Positions 50,935 to 63,775 are shown, counted from the first letter of the stretch. The stretch is 64,000 nucleotides of DNA from Heterodontus francisci (GCF_036365525.1 NC_090421.1:868001-932000); one strand, 5' to 3'. The notes: generated by a model not told the origin, from the sequence alone. Numbers and translations are program-made.

Positions 50935-52170
50935 TCTCCTGTTCCTGTATAACAGGCTCGAGGAGGGGCTGAATGGCCTCCTCCTGTTCCTGTATAACAG
51001 GCTCGAGGAGGGGCTGAATGGCCTCCTCCTGTTCCTGTATAACAGGCCCAAATAGGGGCTGAATGGCCTCCTCCTGTTCCTGTATAACAGGCCCAAAGAG
51101 GGGCTGAACGGTTTCCTCCTGTTCCTGTGTAATAGGCTGGAGGAGGGGCTGAACGGCCTCCTCCTGTTCCTGTATAACAGGCCCAAAGAGGGGCTGAACG
51201 GCCTCCTCCTGTTCCTGTATAACAGGCCCAAAGAGGGGCTGAACGGCCTCCTCCTGTTCCTGTATAACAGGCCCAAAGAGGGACTGAACGGCCTCCTCCT
51301 GTTCCTGTATAACAGGCCCAAAGAGGGGCTGAACGGCCTCCTCCTGTTCCTGTATAACAGGCCCAAAGAGGGGCTGAACGGCCTCCTCCTGTTCCTGTAT
51401 AACAGGCCCAGAGAGGGGCTGAACGGCCTCCTCCTGTTCCTGTATAACAGGCCCAGAGAGGGGCTGAACGGCCTCCTCCTGTTCCTGTATAACAGGCCCA
51501 GAGAGGGGCTGAACGGCCTCCTCCTGTTCCTGTATAACAGGCCCAGAGAGGGGCTGAACGGCCTCCTCCTGTTCCTGTATAACAGGCCCAGAGAGGGGCT
51601 GAACGGCCTCCTCCTGTTCCTGTATAACAGGCCCAGAGAGGGGCTGAACGGCCTCCTCCTGTTCCTGTATAACAGGCCCAGAGAGGGGCTGAACGGCCTC
51701 CTCCTGTTCCTGTATAACAGGCCCAGAGAGGGGCTGAACGGCCTCCTCCTGTTCCTGTATAACAGGCCCAGAGAGGGGCTGAACGGCCTCCTCCTGTTCC
51801 TGTATAACAGGCCCAGAGAGGGGCTGAACGGCCTCCTCCTGTTCCTGTATAACAGGCCCAGAGAGGGGCTGAACGGCCTCCTCCTGTTCCTGTATAACAG
51901 GCCCAGAGAGGGACTGAACGGCCTCCTCCTGTTCCTGTATAACAGGCCCAAAGAGGGGCTGAACGGCCTCCTCCTGTTCCTGTGTAATAGGCTGGAGGAG
52001 GGGCTGAACGGCCTCCTCCTGTTCCTGTATAACAGGCCCAAAGAGGGGCTGAATGGGCCTCTTCCTGTTCCTGTGTAATGGGCTCAAGGAGGGGCTGAAT
52101 GGCCTCGCACTGTTCTGTAACAGGCTTGAGGAGGGGCTGAATGGCCTCCTCCTCTTCCTGAGTAACAGGC
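50935..52170. repeat. 45-bp minisatellite (~27 copies) derived from the CR1 3' terminus
   Basis: Unit gaggggctgaacggcctcctcctgttcctgtataacaggcccaga; compare the CR1 end gcaggctcgaggggccgaatggcctcctgctcctgtt at 37962-37998. Confidence 0.93.
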
Positions 52171-52449
52171 TCCTTTTCTCTGCTGTAAGCTGCCGTCTTA
52201 AACCCCTCTCCCCTGTCTCCTCCATCCTTGCCTCCAAAAGTAAGCGTGAGGCGCTCATCGATTTTTCTCATTTGAGACTCAGACTGTTTGCTGCTTCCCT
52301 CCCTTCCACTACACAAGCAGACCAGACATCTAAAGTCTTCAGACCCTTGTCTTCAGACCCTGCCGCAAACTCCGTTCCCCAGCGACCAACCGCGTTTCTT
52401 TTTCCGGCAATTGTCTGAAGCCGAACCCGAATGTTTGCAACCTCGGAAT

Positions 52450-53110
52450 CCTTTTTGAGTCAGAGGTGATCTTCCGATCCCGTATTTGCGCCGACACTCA
52501 AGACTGTCTATTTCCATCCCTTAATGTCGCTGGTTTTTGCCCCCTCATCTGCCAGTGCGTCCCTTTTGTTACCTCTAGGTTTGACTATGGCAATGCACTC
52601 ATGGACGGGTTCCCACATTCTACCCTCCTTGAGGTCATCCCAAAACTCTGCTGCCCGTGTCCTAACTCACACCGAGTCCCACTCATCCATCACCCTGGTG
52701 CTAGCTGACCTGAGTTGGCTCCTGGTTAAGCCAAATGTTAATTTTTAAGCTCTCATCCTTGTTTTCAAATTCCTCCATGGTCCACCCTCCCTCTCGATCT
52801 CTGTAACCTCCTCCAGCCCCCGCCATGACCCTCCAATTCCGACGCCTCTCGCCCATTCCCCGATTCCCATCGCTCCACCATCGGCAGCCGTGCCTTCAGC
52901 AGCCTGGGTCCCCGAGCTCTGGAATTCACTCCCGAAACCCCTCCTCCCTCTCTCCTCCTTTAACACGCTCCTTAAAACTTCCCTTTTCGACTGCGCATTT
53001 GATCGCCTGTCCCCAATATCTCCTCCTGTGGTCCGATGTCAGATTTTGTTTGCTCCTGTGAAGCTCCCTGGGGATGTTTTGCGACTTTAAAAGCTGCTTT
53101 ATAAATGTAA
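52450..53110 (+). mobile_element. L2-type LINE 3' fragment
   Basis: FVTSRFDYGNALMDG, Q.SAARVLT and LWNSLP motifs with frameshifts. Confidence 0.8.
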
Positions 53111-53586
53111 GTTGTTGTTACAATTGCCCTCGGTGAGAAGGAAAAGTTTCTGCAATATGCAGGCAGCTCTGAGCCTAATCTCTCCCCTCGACCCTCCATT
53201 CCCCCCCCCCCCCCCGCCTCCTTCCTGTGAGACGTGTTTTGGTGTTGTTCCCTGTGCCAGGCAGTGATGCGGTAACTGAGCAGATGCCAGCTGGAGAAAC
53301 AGCGCTAGCATCCAAAACATGAACACTTGATAAATAAACCATGGGAACCTGCCTGTGCGGCCCAGCAGGGATGGCAGAGTAACAGTCAAAGCTCCCTGTG
53401 TGTTGCCTTGGTGAGCTGCAGCTGTGCAGCAAGATTTGAGACTCCCGACAATCCACCAAGCGGAGTGTCCTTGCCAGTGGCACTCCTGCCTTTATTGAAA
53501 GAAATTTCAACTTGCATTTCTCCAGCCCAGGATGTCCCAAAGCACCTTGTCAATAGGGAACTAGTTTCTTTTTTGAAGGCTGGTCT

Positions 53587-54378
53587 GGGTCAGTGCTGAG
53601 GGAGCGCCGCGCTGTCGGAGGGTCAGTGCTGAGGGAGCGCCGCGCGGTCGGAGGGTCAGTGCTGAGGGAGCGCCGCGCTGTCGGAGGGTCAGTGCCGAGG
53701 GAGCGCCGCGCTGTCGGAGGGTCAGTGCCGAGGGAGCGCCGCGCTGTCGGAGGGTCAGTGCCGAGGGAGCGTGGCGCTGTCGGAGGGTCAGTGCTGAGGG
53801 AGCGCCGCGCTGTCGGAGGGTCAGTGCCGAGGGAGCGCCGCACTGTCGGAGGGTCAGTGCTGAGGGAGCGCCGCGCTGTCGGAGGGTCAGTGCCGAGGGA
53901 GCGCCGCGCTGTCGGAGGGTCAGTGCCGAGGGAGCGCCGCGCTGTCGGAGGGTCAGTGCCGAGGGAGCGTGGCGCTGTCGGAGGGTCAGTGCTGAGGGAG
54001 CGCCGCGCGGTCGGAGGGTCAGTGCTGAGGGAGCGCCGCGCTGTCGGAGGGTCAGTGCCGAGGGAGCGCCGCGCTGTCGGAGGGTCAGTGCCGAGGGAGC
54101 GTGGCGCTGTCGGAGGGTCAGTGCTGAGGGAGCGCCGCGCTGTCGGAGGGTCAGTGCCGAGGGAGCGCCGCACTGTTGGAGGGTCAGTGCCGAGGGAGCG
54201 CCGCGCTGTCGGAGGGTCAGTGCCGAGGGAGCGCCGCGCTGTCGGAGGGTCAGTGCCGAGGGAGCGCCGCGCTGTCGGAGGGGCAGTGCCGAGGGAGCGT
54301 GGCACTGTCGGAGGGTCGGTGCTGTGGGAGTGCCGCACTGTCGGAGGGTCAGTACCGAGGGAGTGCCGCACTGTCGGA
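53587..54378 (+). repeat. 33-bp minisatellite (~24 copies) amplified from the DeuSINE core
   Basis: Unit gctgtcggagggtcagtgccgagggagcgccgc runs directly into the SINE body. Confidence 0.93.
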
Positions 54379-54692
54379 GATGCTGTCTTTGGATGAACTT
54401 TAAACTGAGGCCCCATCTGCCCTTTTGGGTGGACGTCAAAGATCCCAGGGCACTTATTTCGAAGAGCAGGGGAGTTCTCCCCAGTGTATCCCTCAATCAA
54501 CATCGCAAAAAGCAGGTTGTTTGTCATTATCATGTTACTGTCTGAGCACAGCAAACTCGCACCGCTTGGCTTCCGTGTTTTCTGCATTTTAACAGTGACT
54601 ACGCTTCAAAAAGAAAGTATTTAATTTTCTGTAAAGCGCTTTGGGACGTCCGAGGTTGGAAAAGGCACTAGATAAATGCAAGTCTGTCTTTT
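54350..54692 (+). mobile_element. Deu-domain SINE body and tail
   Basis: ctgtcggagatgctgtctttggatga...aaagatccc...gcgctttgggacgtcc...ataaatgcaagtc. Confidence 0.82.
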
Positions 54693-54728
54693 TGTCGGGT
54701 TCTATTGTGTTAGCGATTATTCCTTGCC

Positions 54729-57136
54729 TGGATGAGGGCGATGTTGGTTACATTTTTCCCGCCCTTATCCAGAGGTTTGAACATCGTGTCCCTCCGGACC
54801 CGGTCCATTTTGGATCCCCAGATGAAGCGGAAAATGGCTCGGGTGACTGCCACAGCGCAGGAGTGGGGTTTGGGCCAGACCTGCGCCACGTACAGCAACA
54901 ACATGAGCGCCTCGCACCCGATGACCAGGTTCTTACCCACAATGGAGAGAGATCGCTGCCCCCACATGCTCAGCTTGTGTTGTACCCTGGCTACTCACTC
55001 CTCCCAGGTTTTGGTGCACACCCCAGCCCTTCCGAACCATATCCCCAGCACCTTCAGGTAGTCTGACCTGACGGTGAAGGGGACAAAGGATCGGTCTGCC
55101 CAGTTCCCAAAGAACATGGCCTCGCTCTTGCCGTGGTTAATTTTGGCTCCCGAGGCCAGTTCGAACTGGTCGCAGATGCTCATCAGTCTGAGCACAGACA
55201 TTGGGTCCCTGCAGAAGACGGCGACGTCATCCATGTACAGGGAGGTTTTAACCTGAGTGCCTCCGCTGCCTGGGATTGTCACTCCTCTTATGCTCGCATC
55301 CTTCCTAATAGACTCAGCAAAGGGTTCAATACAGCAAACAAACAAGACCGGGGAGAGAGGACAGCCCTGTCTGACTCCAGATTGGATCGGGAAACTGTCC
55401 AATTCCCACCCATTGATTGAGACTGCGCTACTGATGTTTGTGTCGAGCAGTTTGATCCAATTGCAGATTCCCTCCCCAAACCCCATTTTGGAAAGCACAT
55501 CCATCATGTAGGTGTGCGATATCCTGTCAAAGGCCTTCTCCTGGTCCAGGCTGATGAGGCAGGTGTCCACCCTCCTGTCCCGTACATAGACGATTGTACC
55601 CCTGAGTAGCGCGAGACTATCGGAGATCTTCCTGCCAAGTACAGTACAGGTCTGATCAGGGTGAATCACCAACTCCAGAGCAGACTTGACTCGCTTGGCT
55701 ATGACTTTGGACAGAATCTTGTAGTCAACATTAAGCAGTGAGATGGGCCGCCAATTTCTGATTTCTGCCCTCTCCCCCTTCCGCTTGTAAATGAGGGTGA
55801 TGACGCCTTTCCTCATGGATTCTGACATGCTGCCGGCCAGGAGCATACTCTTGTATACTTCCAGCAGGTCCGGGCCGACCCAGTCCCACAGGGCCGAGTA
55901 CAACTCAACCGGTAAGCCATCGCTTCCGGGAGTTTTACTTGTCTCGAAGGACTCGATGGCCTTTGTCAGCTCGTCCAGAGTTAGCGGCTTGTCCAGTCTC
56001 TCCCTCGTGCTGTCGTCTAAGGCCTCCCTCATCCTGATGACTACCTTCGTGTGCGGCTGCATCAAGCTGTGTGTAGAACCCCAGTATGCAAACTCCAAGT
56101 GTCACTACGTGCTGAGGTTCTATCTGTCCCCGGTGTTACGAAGGATGGGCCTGGTCACATTGCAGCGGAATGCTCCATCCAGTTGGACTGTGCCATACCA
56201 CCTGTCCTTCGTGGAGCAGTTTCTGCGGAAAAACACCTTTGACCACCGATCCATCAGGCAGTGGTCTGCACGGAATGTCCTCAAGGCCCTACGGGAAAAG
56301 GAGACGGTGGATCCTGTCGGATGGTTCCCCGAGCAGACCGCCAAAGTCATTTGGCAGAATGCCTCATCACCAGAACTTTCAAACAAGCACCAAGACGTAG
56401 CTTGGCTGGTGGTGAGAAGAGCCCTCCCCGTCAGATCCTTCCTGCACGCCCGAAGTCTCGCCCCCTCCGCGCAATGCCCTCACAGTGGCTGTGGTGGGGA
56501 AGAGACGGTTGCCCACCTCCTCCTGGAATGTGTCTTTGCAAAGCAGGTGTGGAAAGAGATGCAGTGGTTTTTGTCGAGGTTCATCCCAAGCAGCTCTGTA
56601 ACACAGCAGTCTGTGCTCTACGGGCTGTTCCCAGGGACGCACACCGAGACAAACATCAACTGCTGCTGGAGGACTATCAATTCGGTGAAAGACACCCTTT
56701 GGTCTGCCCGAAACTTGCTGATCTTCCAGCACAAAGAGTTGTCCACCACCGAATGTTGCAGACTGGCACACTCCAAGGTCCAGGACTACGTGCTGAGGGA
56801 CGCACTGAAGCTTGGGGCAGCCGCAGCAAAGGCTCAATGGGGAAAGACCACAGTGTAAGGTCCCCCCACCAAGCTGAACTGAGGGCCTGGATCCATGGGA
56901 AACCCCTCCAACTGTATCGGGAAAATTTTTGTTTGCTGTAAAATGTAAAATTGTATATGGTATGACAAATGAAATGGAAGGGTTGTGAGGCAACTCATAA
57001 TTGTATTGAAGGAAACTGATCACCATTGCACGGTTTGTAATTTTTTGACTTGGTGCTGTTTGAAACTGTTTGGTAATGTATTTTTTTTTTTACAGATTTT
57101 TATGAATGAAGTATATTTTGGAAATATAAAAAAAAA
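54729..57136. mobile_element. Tx1 (L1-clade) LINE with inverted 5' part, A-rich tail and TSD
   Basis: RT (PGSDG, WRPISLLNVDYK, GVRQGCPLSP, YMDD) on - strand 54729-56026; C-terminal CCHC region (CPHSGC...HLLLEC) on + strand to the stop at 56858; A-tail at 57128. Confidence 0.92.
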
Positions 57137-58359
57137 ATTATCCTTTGCCAGCAGTTTGTTGGTACATTGATATGGGATGTAAAGAATCTGACACAATCTG
57201 CTAGTTTGAGAGATATTTGGTAGTAGAGTTTGGGCTGAGTGCAGGGCTGCTCTCTGCTCACTGTCCTGCTCATGAACTATGATGAGCATTCACATCGACT
57301 GCCCAGCCAGTCCAGAATTGAACCCTGCTTCGAGTACTCCAGTTATTCTGTCTGCTATGGGCTGTTCTCTTGCGCAGTAACCGGGAGCTGCTGGGTGCAG
57401 CCACTAACATCGGGCTCAGTGCCCAGAGTTGGGCTCGGGACAATCAGGACTCCGATTCCTGTTTGTGAGGGCCATCAATATAAGACGGTCAGTAATAAAT
57501 CCAATCGGGGAATTCAGGAGAAACCTCTTCGCCCGGAGAGCGGTGAGAATGTGGGGACTCGCTACCACAGGGAGTGGGTTGAGGTGAACGGCACGGATGC
57601 ATTTAAGTGGGGGGGAAGCTGGATAAACACACGAGGGAGAAAGGTATAGAAGGATATGGTGATGGAGTGGGGGGGGGGGTGGTGGCGGCGATGAAATTGG
57701 GGGCAGGAGGAGGCTCGTGCAGAGCAGAAACACAGGCACGGTGCTGGGCGGGTGGAGAAAGTTGCGTCTGCTGCTGTTTGGGCTGGAGATCACCTCGTGC
57801 AAGAGGTAGGTGCCCCAAATCTAAATGGGGCAGCGATATGATCTCCTGGGCTGGTTTCGATCACCTCGGGGACTGAAGAAGAATTTTCCAGAGTTTTTAT
57901 TTAACTTGCTTTAATTGGCATGGGTTTTAAATCTGTTTTTTTTCACCTCTTGGAGATTGCAATGCTCTGGTTGGGGTGGGGAGTGTCTGCACTGTGCTGC
58001 ACCATTGCTTGGGGTCGGCTGGATGGACCCCCCCCCCACCAACACCAGGAATGGCTTCACGGGCAAGGTGATTCGGTGGGGTGCGGCTGGCACTGAGAGT
58101 CAGCGCCTGCAGGAAAGTCGAGAGGGCCGAGGTTTTGAGAGTGTCTTTAAAGTCAACAGTATTGTAGTTCTTTCAGACCACTGTCTCATGTTTACACTGG
58201 AGCTTGTGTGGTTTAATTAAATCTTTGCTAAGACAATCGGGGCTTGGTATTGAACAAGGAAGCCTTTTCCAGTGTCTTCTCCCTTTGCATTGGCTATCAG
58301 ACTAGCTGCTTTGTTGCTTCTGTCCCGGTCATAGTTATATGACCTCCTGAGTTATATGG

Positions 58360-60005
58360 CATCCTCCTGAAGTCCCCAGCATCACAGATGCCAGACTTCA
58401 GCCAATTCGATTCACTCCGCGTGATATCAAGAAACGACTGAAGGCACTGGATACTGCAAAGGCTACGGGCCCTGACAATATTCCGGCAATAGTACTGAAG
58501 ACCTGTGCTCCAGAACTTGCCGCGCCCCTAGCCAAGCTGTTCCAGTACAGCTACAACACTGGCACCTACCCTGCAATGTGGAAAATTGCCCAGGTATGTC
58601 CTGTACACAAAAAGCAGGACAAGTCCAACCCGGCCAATTACCGCCCCATCAGCCTACTCTCAATCATCAGTAAAGTGATGGCACTGTCGATGACACCTTC
58701 CATCAAGCGGCACTTGCTCAGCAACAACCTGCTCAGTGACGCTCAGTTTAGTTTCCACCAGGGCCACTCAGCTGCTGACCTCATTACAGCCTTGGTTCAA
58801 ACATGGACAAAGGAGCTGAACTCAAGAGGTGAGGTGAGAGTGACTGCCCTTGAAATCAAGTCAGCATTTGACCGAGAATGGCATCAAGGACCCCTAGCAA
58901 AACTGAGGTCAGTAGGAGTTAGGGGGAAAACTCTCTGTTGTTTGGAGTCATACCTAGCACGAAGGAAGATGGTTGTGGTTGTTGGAGGTTAATCATCTGA
59001 GCTCCAGGACATCACTGCAGGAGTTCCTCAGGGTAGTGTCCTAGGCCCAACCATCTTCAGCTGCTTCATCAACGACCTTCCTTCAATCATAAGGTCAGAA
59101 GTGTGGGGATGTTCACTGATGATTGCACAATGTTCAGCACCATTTGTGACTCCTCAGATACTGAAGCAGTCCGTGTGAAAATGCAGCAAGACCTGGACAA
59201 TATCCAGGCTTGGGCTGGTAAGTCGCAAGTAACATTCGCGCCACACAAGTGCCAGGTAATGACCATCTCCAACAAGAGAGAATCTATCCCTTTGACATTC
59301 AATGGCATTACCATCACTGAATCCCCCACTATCAACATCCTAGGGGTTGCCATTGACCAGAAACTGAACTGAAGTAGACATATAAATACCGTGGCTACAA
59401 GAGCAGGTCAGAGGCAAGGAATCCTGAGGCGGGTAACTCACCTCCTGACTCCCCAAAGCCTGTCCACCATCTACAAGGCACAAGTCAGGAGTGTGATGGA
59501 ATACTCTCCACTTGCCTGGATGGGTGCAGCTCCAACAACACTCAAGAAACTTGACACCATCCAGGACAAAATAGCCCGCTTGATTGGCACCCCATCTACA
59601 AACATTCACTCCCTCCACCACCGACGCACAGTAGCAGCAGTGTGTACCATCTACAAGATGCACTGCAGCAATGCACCAAGGTTCCTTTTACAGCACCTTC
59701 CAAACCCGCGACCTCTACCAACTAGAAGGAACAAGGGCAGCAAATACATGGGAACACCACCACCTGCAAGTTCCCCTCCAAGCCACACACCATCCTGACT
59801 TGGAACTATATCGCCCGTTCCTTCACTGTCGCTGGGTCGAAATCCTGGAACTCCCTTCCTAACAGCACTGTGGCTGCACCTACTCCACATGGACTGCAGC
59901 GGTTCAAGAAGGCAGCTCACCACCACCTTCTCAAGGGGCAATTAGGGATGGGCAATAAATGCCGGCCTGGCCAGCGACGCCCACATCCCATGAATGAATT
60001 AAAAA
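58360..60005 (+). mobile_element. CR1-group LINE, 5'-truncated RT, disrupted
   Basis: GPDNIP, WKIAQVCPVHKK, NYRPISLLS, GVPQGSVLGP and FTDD motifs with stops and frameshifts. Confidence 0.92.
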
Positions 60006-60364
60006 AATATATAGCACAGAAGCACGCCCTTCGGCCCATTGTGTCTGTGCTGGTCAGTTTACAGAGTCACTGCCGCATTGCGGTTCTCGTAGCCTGTACC
60101 TTCAGTAGACCTTGAAGGAAAGAGGGTGAGCTTCGTTTTTAAAGAGCTGAAGAATTGAGTGAGTGGAGTTTTCCCAGAGTGTGAAGAGGGTGTTTCTCTC
60201 ATCACTGCTGTCCTGGCCACCTTCCAACCTCTGCCAGCGTCAGCTTATCCAGACCTCTGCTGAACACATCCTAACTCTCACCAAGTCCCATTCACCCATC
60301 GCCCTTGCACCCCCCCACCCCCACCACACAACACAAATCCCTCCATGGCCTCCTCGCCCCTCCC

Positions 60365-61480
60365 TCCCCCTCTCTCTGTAACCTCCTCCAGCCCCTACAA
60401 CCTTCCCTATCTCTGTAACCTCCTCCAGCCCCTACAACCTTCCCTATCTCTGTAACCTCCTCCAGCCCCTACAGCCCTCCCTATCTCTGTAACCTCCTCC
60501 AGCCCCTACAGCCCTCCCTATCTCTGTAACCTCCGACAGCCCTCCCTATCTCTGTAACCTCCTCCAGCCCCTACAACCTTCCCTATCTCTGTAACCTCCT
60601 CCAGCCCCTACAACCTTCCCTATCTCTGTAACCTCCGACAGCCCTCCCTATCTCTGTAGCCTCCTCCAGCCCCTACAACCTTCCCTATCTCTGTAACCTC
60701 CTCCGGCCCCTACAACCTTCCCTATCTCTGTAACCTCCTACAGCCCTCCCTATCTCTGTAACCTCTTCCAGCCCCTACAACCTTCCCTATCTCTGTAACC
60801 TCTTCCAGCCCCTACAACCCTCCCTCTCTCTGTAACCTCCTACAGCCCTCCCTATCTCTGTAACCTCCTCCAGCCCCTACAACCTTCCCTATCTCTGTAA
60901 CCTCCTCCAGCCCCTACAACCTTCCCTATCTCTGTAACCTCTTCCAGCCCCTACAACCCTCCCTCTCTCTGTAATCTCCTCCAGCCCCTACAGCCCTCCC
61001 TATCTCTGTAACCTCCGACAGCCCCTACAACCTTCCCTATCTCTGTAACCTCCTACAGCCCTCCCTATCTCTGTAACCTCTTCCAGCCCCTACAACCCTC
61101 CCTCTCTCTGTAACCTCCTCCAGCCCCTACAGCCCTCCCTATCTCTGTAACCTCCGACAGCCCTCCCTATCTCTGTAACCTCCTCCAGCTCCTACAACCT
61201 TCCCTATCTCTGTAACCTCCTCCAGCCCCTACAACCTTCCCTATCTCTGTAACCTCCGACAGCCCTCCCTATCTCTGTAGCCTCCTCCAGCCCCTACAAC
61301 CTTCCCTATCTCTGTAACCTCCTCCGGTCCCTACAACCTTTCCTATCTCTGTAACCTCCTCCAGCCCCTACAACCTTTCCTATCTCTGTAACCTCCTCCA
61401 GCCCCTACAACCTTTCCTATCTCTGTAACCTCCTCCAGCCCCTACAACCCTCCCTATCTCTGTAACCTCCTACAGCCCTC
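60365..61480. repeat. ~37-bp L2-derived minisatellite, same family as 43250-44905
   Basis: L2 sequence enters at ~60240 and resumes at ~61485 (gagatctctgtgctcctccaattc...ctctggaattcc). Confidence 0.92.
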
Positions 61481-61919
61481 CAACTTGAGATCTCTGTGCT
61501 CCTCCAATTCTGCCCTCTTGAGCATCCCCCGATTTTCATCGCTCCACCATTGGCGGCCATGCCTTCAGCTGCCTGGGCCCTAAGCTCTGGAATTCCTTCC
61601 CTGAACCTCTCCGCCTCCCCTCTCCGTCCCTCCCTCCATTTCAACACAGACAATCAGCATGGCAGGGAAGACTGAATGCTATGTAAGGATGAGCTATTTG
61701 AAACTCTGGAGCATGGGGACTGATCATGCTATCAGTAAAACGAGACGCAAGGAACTTCCCAATGTGGGGAAACGTGAGCTGAGCTGGGAGGGTGATAAAC
61801 CTGGACATCGTCAACTTCGATTTGGGTCGTGCCTTTAACAAGTAACACGTCCCAGGATGCTGCACAGAAAAGATATCAGACAAAATCTGTCACTGAGCCA
61901 TGCACGCGGATATAAGGTG

Positions 61920-62310
61920 AGATGAGAAAAAGATTGGTCAAAGAGGTAGGTTTTAAGGAGCGTCTTAAGAGGAGGGGAGAGGGAGAGAGGCGGAGAGGTT
62001 TAGGGAGGGAATTCCGGAGGTCGGGCTCCAGGCAGCTGAAAGCACGGCAGCCAAAGGTCGAGCGATGGAAATTAGGGGGAATGCATGAGAGGCCGGGATT
62101 GGAGAAATGCCGAGATCTCCGAGAGTTGTAGGGGCTGGAGGAGTTTACGGAGATAGGGAGGGGGTGCAAGGAGGACATGGAGGGATTTGCAAACAAGAAT
62201 GTGAATTTTTTAAATCGAGGCCTGCAGGACCGGAAGCCAGTGTAGATCAGCGAGCACCGGGGGGGTCATGGGCTAACGGGACTGGGTGCGAGTTAGGACA
62301 CGGGACAGCA
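61920..62310 (-). mobile_element. L2-type LINE 3' fragment
   Basis: Minus strand GCRAFSCLEPDLRNSLPKPLR. Confidence 0.75.
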
Positions 62311-62533
62311 GAGGTCTGGTTCGTTGTGGGGAACTTTATTCCCTGGGTTTTTATGCTAAGTATCACTTCGAGTTGTGTACCTGGGAGAGGTCTTGGGGCC
62401 CGGGCTGCTGACTTTCTCCGTCGAGAGCTGAAAGTGGAATGGAGTGAGTCCACGTGGGCTCGGTCAACAACGAAGCCCTCGGTTTGGATCCCGTGATTAA
62501 TTGTCATGCGTTTTTTCCCCCCTCTTCTTGCAG

Positions 62534-62617
62534 ACGCCGCTGGTCCAAGCTATCTTTAACAGGGATCGTGAAGAGGTCCGGTCATTAATAAACGAAAATG
62601 AAGATATCAATGGATTG
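62534..62617 (+). CDS. ankrd52: ANKRD52 coding exon 2 (gene continues beyond the window)
   Basis: TPLVQAIFNRDREEVRSLINENEDINGL, 84 nt, cag/gtacgt; human [28 protein letters not shown]. Confidence 0.93.
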
Positions 62618-63275
62618 GTACGTACCGTGTCATTGACATCCCTTAGGCTGGGGTGGGGGTGGGGGGGGGGGGGGTGGGTGTTGACCCTTGTGTTAGCAGA
62701 TGCATTTCGAAGAGAAGTTTGTTCTTCCATGCGCATGGGGGCTGATGGTAGCATGGTCAGCCACTTAGATAATTATATTCTCAGCTTTCACTCGAGAAGT
62801 GTGATGAGATTCTTTCTTAAAAGGTCATATTTTAGAACCCACAACGAGCACTCTCCTTTCCTTTCAGAAGGTTAATTGGGATGTGGTTGAGGACTTATGC
62901 AGCTCAGTTGGAGAGGAATTGAAGTCTTCCACTCCACGTCCTCTGTCCCACCTCTCTTCGTTTCTCTTAGTGAAGCCTGCCCTTCCTGGCAGTTGGGTCC
63001 TGTCAAGCTGTTTAACGCGTGATTCACTTCAGATTGGTGTCTTGGCTTTTCTGTTTGCTGGCGATGTGGACGGGGGCCCATTGATCCTATTGTAGCTCAT
63101 CCATCCAAGACCCTGCCATCTCAGATTGCAGTGTCCGCTTTGTTCTTGACTCCCAGGCTCTCGTAGTTCAGTGTCCGCCGCGACTGGGTGACAGCACTCT
63201 CTCCTCCACGTCAGGGCCATGAGCACAAAAGTGTAGATTGTTCCAGCGCAAATGCTGAGGGGTGTAAAAGATCCC

Positions 63276-63775
63276 TATACCTCGGTATACCTTATTAGTG
63301 TCTGGTGTACCTCGGTATACCTTATTAGTGTCTGGTGTACCTCGGTATACCTTATTAGTGTCTGGTGTACCTCGGTATACCTTATTAGTGTCTGGTGTAC
63401 CTCGGTATACCTTATTAGTGTCTGGTGTACCTCGGTATACCTTATTAGTGTCTGGTGTACCTCGGTATACCTTATTAGTGTCTGGTGTACCTCGGTATAC
63501 CTTATTAGTGTCTGGTGTACCTCGGTATACCTTATTAGTGTCTGGTGTACCTCGGTATACCTTATTAGTGTCTGGTGTACCTCGGTATACCTTATTAGTG
63601 TCTGGTGTACCTCGGTATACCTTATTAGTGTCTGGTGTACCTCGGTATACCTTATTAGTGTCTGGTGTACCTCGGTATACCTTATTAGTGTCTGGTGTAC
63701 CTCGGTATACCTTATTAGTGTCTGGTGTACCTCGGTATACCTTATTAGTGTCTGGTGTACCTCGATGTACCTTGC
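63276..63775. repeat. Perfect 30-bp tandem array (16 identical copies) inside a DeuSINE remnant
   Basis: ctcggtataccttattagtgtctggtgtac x16 at 63281-63760. Confidence 0.97.

Noticed and set aside
50700-52316. Repetitive ORFs (QEQEEAVQPLSGPVI)n resembling a structural protein
   Set aside because: Open in three frames because the 45-bp unit has no stop; the unit derives from a CR1 3' end and lies in ankrd52 intron 1.
53550-54587. Repeat ORFs (TDPPTARRSLG)n
   Set aside because: 33-bp SINE-derived satellite that is stop-free in several frames; no splice or homology support.
54995-56858. Overlapping antisense gene pair (367 aa and 355 aa)
   Set aside because: Both are halves of one Tx1 ORF2 joined at an inversion.
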